A stretch of DNA of 64,000 bases from contig CAVVFV010000012.1 of assembly GCA_963747695.1 (NCBI GenBank), positions 26,659-90,658 of the forward strand. Direction: 5' to 3'. The DNA comes from Candidatus Falkowbacteria bacterium. Its GTDB lineage: Bacteria > Patescibacteriota > Patescibacteriia > Patescibacteriales > WJLG01. A model generated the notes under the pieces. That model had not been told where the DNA came from, did not search any database, and was given only the letters and a program-made list of their open reading frames with translations. Positions 60,295 through 64,000 of this stretch are shown piece by piece. Position 1 is the first letter of the stretch. Each line of letters begins with the position of its first letter. A program made the position numbers and the translations under genes.

Positions 60295-61269
60295 ATGGTT
60301 AAATACAGTTTTATCATTCCGGTCAAAGAGATCAATGATTATATCCGCGAAGCGATTCCGAAAATTTTGGCGATCAAACGCGATGATTTTGAGCTGATCA
60401 TTTATCCCGATATGGTCAGCGTTGAAAAATGGGACAAGACCAAACAGATTCCGGTGGCGGGCGGACCGGCGGCGAAAAGAACGCACGCGATCAAAGACGC
60501 GGCCGGTGAGATAATTATTTTTATCGATGACGATGCTTATCCGGCGGAAAATTATCTGGCCGTCTTGGACGAAGATTTCAAGGATGAAAAAGTCAAAGCC
60601 GTCGGCGGACCGGCGATCACGCCACCCGAGGACGGTTTTTGGCAAAAGGTTTCCGGCGCGGTTTTCTTGAGTTTTTATTCGGGCGGCAATCCGGAACGCT
60701 ACGCTTCCCGGGGAGGAAAATGTTCCGTCGACGATTGGCCGAGCGTTAATTTTGCGATCCGGAAGGCGCCTTTTGCCGAATTGGGCGGATTTCAAAGCGA
60801 ATTCTGGCCAGGAGAAGATACCAAATTGTGCCACGATTTAAATAATAAGTATCCCCAAAGCATAATCTATGATCCGGCGCTTGTCGTTTATCACCACCGC
60901 CGTCCCGGCCTTTTGCAACATCTCCGGCAGGTCGGCGCCTATGGTTTGCACCGCGGTTATTTTGTCAAACATTATCCGGAAACCTCTTTAAAATTAAAAT
61001 ATTTTCTCCCAGCGTTATTTTTAATTTTCATCATCATTGGCGCTCTTTTAAGCCTGATTGATCCGTTTTTCCTGATGATTTATTTATTCGGCTGGCTGGC
61101 TTATTTCTTGGCTTTGGCCAAAGCCATCCGCGATATCCGTCGCTCCGAAAAAAATCCGCTGGTCATCGCCAACGCAGTTTATTATATTCTCCTAACCCAC
61201 TTGACTTACGGGTTTTATTTTATCAAAGGTTTGATATTTACGAAGGAGTTGAAAAGTAAATTACGATAA
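60295..61269 (+). CDS. Glycosyltransferase family 2
   Basis: FIDDD, VGGP, GGF..PGEDTKL, C-terminal TM helices. Confidence 0.9.
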   Translation: MVKYSFIIPVKEINDYIREAIPKILAIKRDDFELIIYPDMVSVEKWDKTKQIPVAGGPAAKRTHAIKDAAGEIIIFIDDDAYPAENYLAVLDEDFKDEKVKAVGGPAITPPEDGFWQKVSGAVFLSFYSGGNPERYASRGGKCSVDDWPSVNFAIRKAPFAELGGFQSEFWPGEDTKLCHDLNNKYPQSIIYDPALVVYHHRRPGLLQHLRQVGAYGLHRGYFVKHYPETSLKLKYFLPALFLIFIIIGALLSLIDPFFLMIYLFGWLAYFLALAKAIRDIRRSEKNPLVIANAVYYILLTHLTYGFYFIKGLIFTKELKSKLR

Positions 61270-61273
61270 AAAA

Positions 61274-61551
61274 TCCCCCTCTCGAGATGGGTGTCCGCCC
61301 CGGTTTGTCCGCCTCGGACGGAGCCGAACGGGGAGGTTTAGAAAAAAAGTCCCCTCCACGGGAGGGGTGGACAGTCCCTGACTGGACGGGGAGGGTCTAT
61401 TCCTGACATTATTATATTATTTTAAATAAGTCGGAAGGAATAATAATTTTAATATATTTACGTTTGCCTAATGAAAAATAAAGAATCAGGAATAATAATA
61501 GACCCACCCCGCCCTCGCTAATCACTCGGGCACCCCTCCCGTGGAGGGGAC
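61274..61551. repeat. CCCCTC-family palindromic element (two left arms, one inverted right arm, AT-rich interior)
   Basis: GTCCCCTCCACGGGAGGGGTG...GGGTCTATTCCTGA ... TCAGGAATA...GACCCACCCCG...CACCCCTCCCGTGGAGGGGAC. Confidence 0.75.
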
Positions 61552-61561
61552 AAATTTAATT

Positions 61562-63016
61562 ATGAAAATCGCTATTTCTTTTCCGCCGCTAGAATCGCCC
61601 AAGGGCACGCCGCTCTTGACGCAGAACCGCCAATTCCAATGGTTCAATAGCCCTACATATATCTATCCGGTCATTCCGGCTTATTTGGCGACTTTATTGA
61701 AGCAAAACGGTCAGGAAGTCATTTGGGACGACGCTATCGCCGAAGGTTTAAGCTACGAGCAATGGCAGAAGAGAATAATTGAGCAAAAGCCGGACGTCGT
61801 CGTTATGGAAACAAAAACCCCGGTCATAAAAAGGCACTGGCAGATTATCAATCAATTAAAAATTAAAAATGAAAAATTAAAAATTATTTTAGTTGGGGAT
61901 CATATTACCGCTTTGCCGGATGAAAGTTTTGCTAATTCTCAGGTTGATTATACGGTCGCGGGCGGGGATTATGATTTTATCGTTGCTTCGATCATCAAAA
62001 AATTAAATAATCAGGGCGAGATGGAAGGCGGAGTTTATTGGCGCGAAAACGGATTAATCAAAAATTCAGGTAGCTATGATCCGAAAAAGCATTCGCTCGA
62101 CGAATTGCCGCTGATTGACCGCGAGTTAACGAAATGGAAATTATACGCTTACAAAAATGGCAATTTTAAATACACGCCCGGAACTTATCTGATGTCCGGC
62201 CGGGATTGCTGGTGGGGAAAATGTACCTTCTGTTCCTGGACCACGATGTTTCCGGGAAATTGTTTCCGTGTCCGTTCGGCCAAATTGGCTCTTGATGAAG
62301 TCGGGCATTTGATTGATCTCGGCGTCAAAGAAATTATGGAAGATTCCGGCAGCTTGCCGATCGGCGCCTGGCTGGAAGAATTCTGCCAGGGTATGATCGA
62401 TCGTGGCTATAATAAGAAAATTACGTTAAGCTGCAATATGCGGCTCAATGGCATCAGGGATGAAAAAATCTGGCAATTGATGAAGCGCGCCGGTTTCCGC
62501 TTTGTCTTGTTCGGTTTGGAATCGGCCAATCAGGCCACGCTGGATAAAATAAATAAAGGTTTGAAAGTCGAAGAAATCGAACCTGGTTTAAGAATGTGTA
62601 AAGCCGCCGGACTGGAACCGCATATCACCGCGATGATCGGTTATCCCTGGGAAACTTATGCTGATGCCAAGCGAACCGTCGATCTGGCCAAAGATTTATT
62701 TAAAAAGGATCTGGTGGATACTCTGCAGGCGACAATTTTGATTCCCTATCCGGGCACGCCGCTGTATAATTATTGCCAAGAGAATGATTTGTTGAATTTC
62801 ACCGATTATGATAGGTTTGATCAGCGCGAGCAAGTGATGAAAAGCCCGCTCACCACCGAGCAGGTCAAAGAATTAACCCAAGGTTTATACAAATCTTTTC
62901 TATCTCCTAAATTCATTATCAATAAAATTTTATCAATCCGCAATTTCGATGACATAAAATTCCTCTGCCGCTCCGGCCTAAAAGTCCTTGGGCATTTAAC
63001 TGATTTTGGGAAATAA
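61562..63016 (+). CDS. B12-binding radical SAM protein
   Basis: N-terminal cobalamin-binding-like domain, CWWGKCTFC, FGLES, MIGYPWET, PYPGTPL. Confidence 0.9.
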   Translation: MKIAISFPPLESPKGTPLLTQNRQFQWFNSPTYIYPVIPAYLATLLKQNGQEVIWDDAIAEGLSYEQWQKRIIEQKPDVVVMETKTPVIKRHWQIINQLKIKNEKLKIILVGDHITALPDESFANSQVDYTVAGGDYDFIVASIIKKLNNQGEMEGGVYWRENGLIKNSGSYDPKKHSLDELPLIDRELTKWKLYAYKNGNFKYTPGTYLMSGRDCWWGKCTFCSWTTMFPGNCFRVRSAKLALDEVGHLIDLGVKEIMEDSGSLPIGAWLEEFCQGMIDRGYNKKITLSCNMRLNGIRDEKIWQLMKRAGFRFVLFGLESANQATLDKINKGLKVEEIEPGLRMCKAAGLEPHITAMIGYPWETYADAKRTVDLAKDLFKKDLVDTLQATILIPYPGTPLYNYCQENDLLNFTDYDRFDQREQVMKSPLTTEQVKELTQGLYKSFLSPKFIINKILSIRNFDDIKFLCRSGLKVLGHLTDFGK

Positions 63017-63212
63017 AAATTTTTCACCTCCTTTCTCCCACTCCTCTGGCGCTCCGAGGGACAGGCAAGGATAGGCGTAGGGACAGTTGCTTTTTTGTCA
63101 TCCCGAGTGCCGCGCGAGGGATCTATTTCCGAGGACAGGGATTATCTACGAAAAATCCTACCGTTGATTGCCGCAAATATTTTTGAGATTATTGTTTGAT
63201 AAATTGAAATAT

Positions 63213-64000
63213 ATGCCTAATCCTTCAGTAAGCATTGTCATTCCCACCAAAAACGAAGAAAAAAATATTGAGAACTGCCTGCAATCAATCCAGGCACAGA
63301 GTTATTCCAATCTTGAAATCATCGTTATTGATAATAATTCCGATGATAGAACCAAAGAAATCGTCTCTTCGTTTTGTCATTCTCGCGCCGGCGGCTTGCC
63401 TGCCGGTCAGGCAGGGAATCCAGGATGTCCGCCGGTAAGTTTTTTTAATTATGGTCCCGAGCGATCAGCGCAAAGGAATTACGGCCTGATTCAAAAGGCG
63501 AAAGGGGAGTATGCCATGTTCCTGGACGCCGATATGACTTTATCGCCCGATTTAATAAAATGTTGTGTGGAATTTATCACCAAGAGCAATTGCGTCGCCT
63601 TACATATCAGCGAAATAGTTTTAGGTAATAGTTTTTGGTCACGAGTCCGCCGGTTTGAAAGATCCTTTTACGATGGTACAGTGATTGACGGCGCCCGCTT
63701 TTTCCGGCGTGATGTTTTTGCTCAAGTTGGAGGATTTGATGAAACGATGAGCGGCCCGGAAGATTGGGATCTGGATAAGAAATTAAAACAAATCGGCACC
63801 ACCGGCCTGGTTCCGTCTAACAATAACCAAGCGGTAATCTATCACAACGAAGCTGAGTTTGATCTAAAAAAATATCTAAGCAAAAAAAGTTACTATGCCG
63901 CCAGTTTTGCCGCTTATATCGATAAATGGAGCAAGAATGATCCGGATGTGCGTAAACAATTTAGCTTCAGTTACCGTTATTTTGGCGTTTTTTGGGAAAA
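63213..64000 (+). CDS. Glycosyltransferase family 2, 3'-truncated, with an in-frame palindromic insertion
   Basis: MPNPSVSIVIPTKNEE..DNNSDD..GPERSAQRN..FLDADM..GGFDE..PEDWD; open to the window end. Confidence 0.9.
   Translation, partial: MPNPSVSIVIPTKNEEKNIENCLQSIQAQSYSNLEIIVIDNNSDDRTKEIVSSFCHSRAGGLPAGQAGNPGCPPVSFFNYGPERSAQRNYGLIQKAKGEYAMFLDADMTLSPDLIKCCVEFITKSNCVALHISEIVLGNSFWSRVRRFERSFYDGTVIDGARFFRRDVFAQVGGFDETMSGPEDWDLDKKLKQIGTTGLVPSNNNQAVIYHNEAEFDLKKYLSKKSYYAASFAAYIDKWSKNDPDVRKQFSFSYRYFGVFWE

Overview
Core-genome segment of a Patescibacteria (CPR) bacterium, probably Parcubacteria/ABY1-like. The taxonomy is an inference from the short atpH, short tsaB, the HTH-nucleotidyltransferase gene, the PP2C-like/beta-propeller gene and SD-less starts. 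Genes present: TPR protein, pilD, ftsA-ftsZ, class I aldolase, gpmI, two tandem ferredoxins missed by the ORF track, rplJ-rplL with an L10 leader, a full F-type ATP synthase operon, a polysaccharide locus (Wzz, radical SAM, ligase/polymerase, GT4s) interleaved with secreted orphan genes, tsaB, mraZ-rsmH-ftsL-ftsI-murF, an ECF sigma/anti-sigma pair, dapB, rmlA, rplU, a frameshifted recR, ybaB, dnaB and a second glycosyltransferase locus. No rRNA, tRNA or CRISPR array was seen. Three unexplained layers stand out. (1) Many gene junctions carry small inverted-repeat elements from several families: 7/8-mer tandem arms, CGAAT arms, GTAG-REPs, GTCATTCC/GTCATCCTG palindromes, CCCCTC arms and a covarying ~180-200 nt hairpin. 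They occur both empty and around cargo genes (four-helix bundle, GIY-YIG, an orphan), nest inside each other, and once insert in frame into a gene. (2) Housekeeping genes lack Shine-Dalgarno sites, while about 17 orphan genes carry strong ones, often with a boxA-like motif and their own promoter and terminator, and often as tandem paralog pairs. (3) Some of these orphans look like diderm envelope proteins (LysM-linker-beta-barrel, lipoproteins) in a lineage regarded as monoderm.
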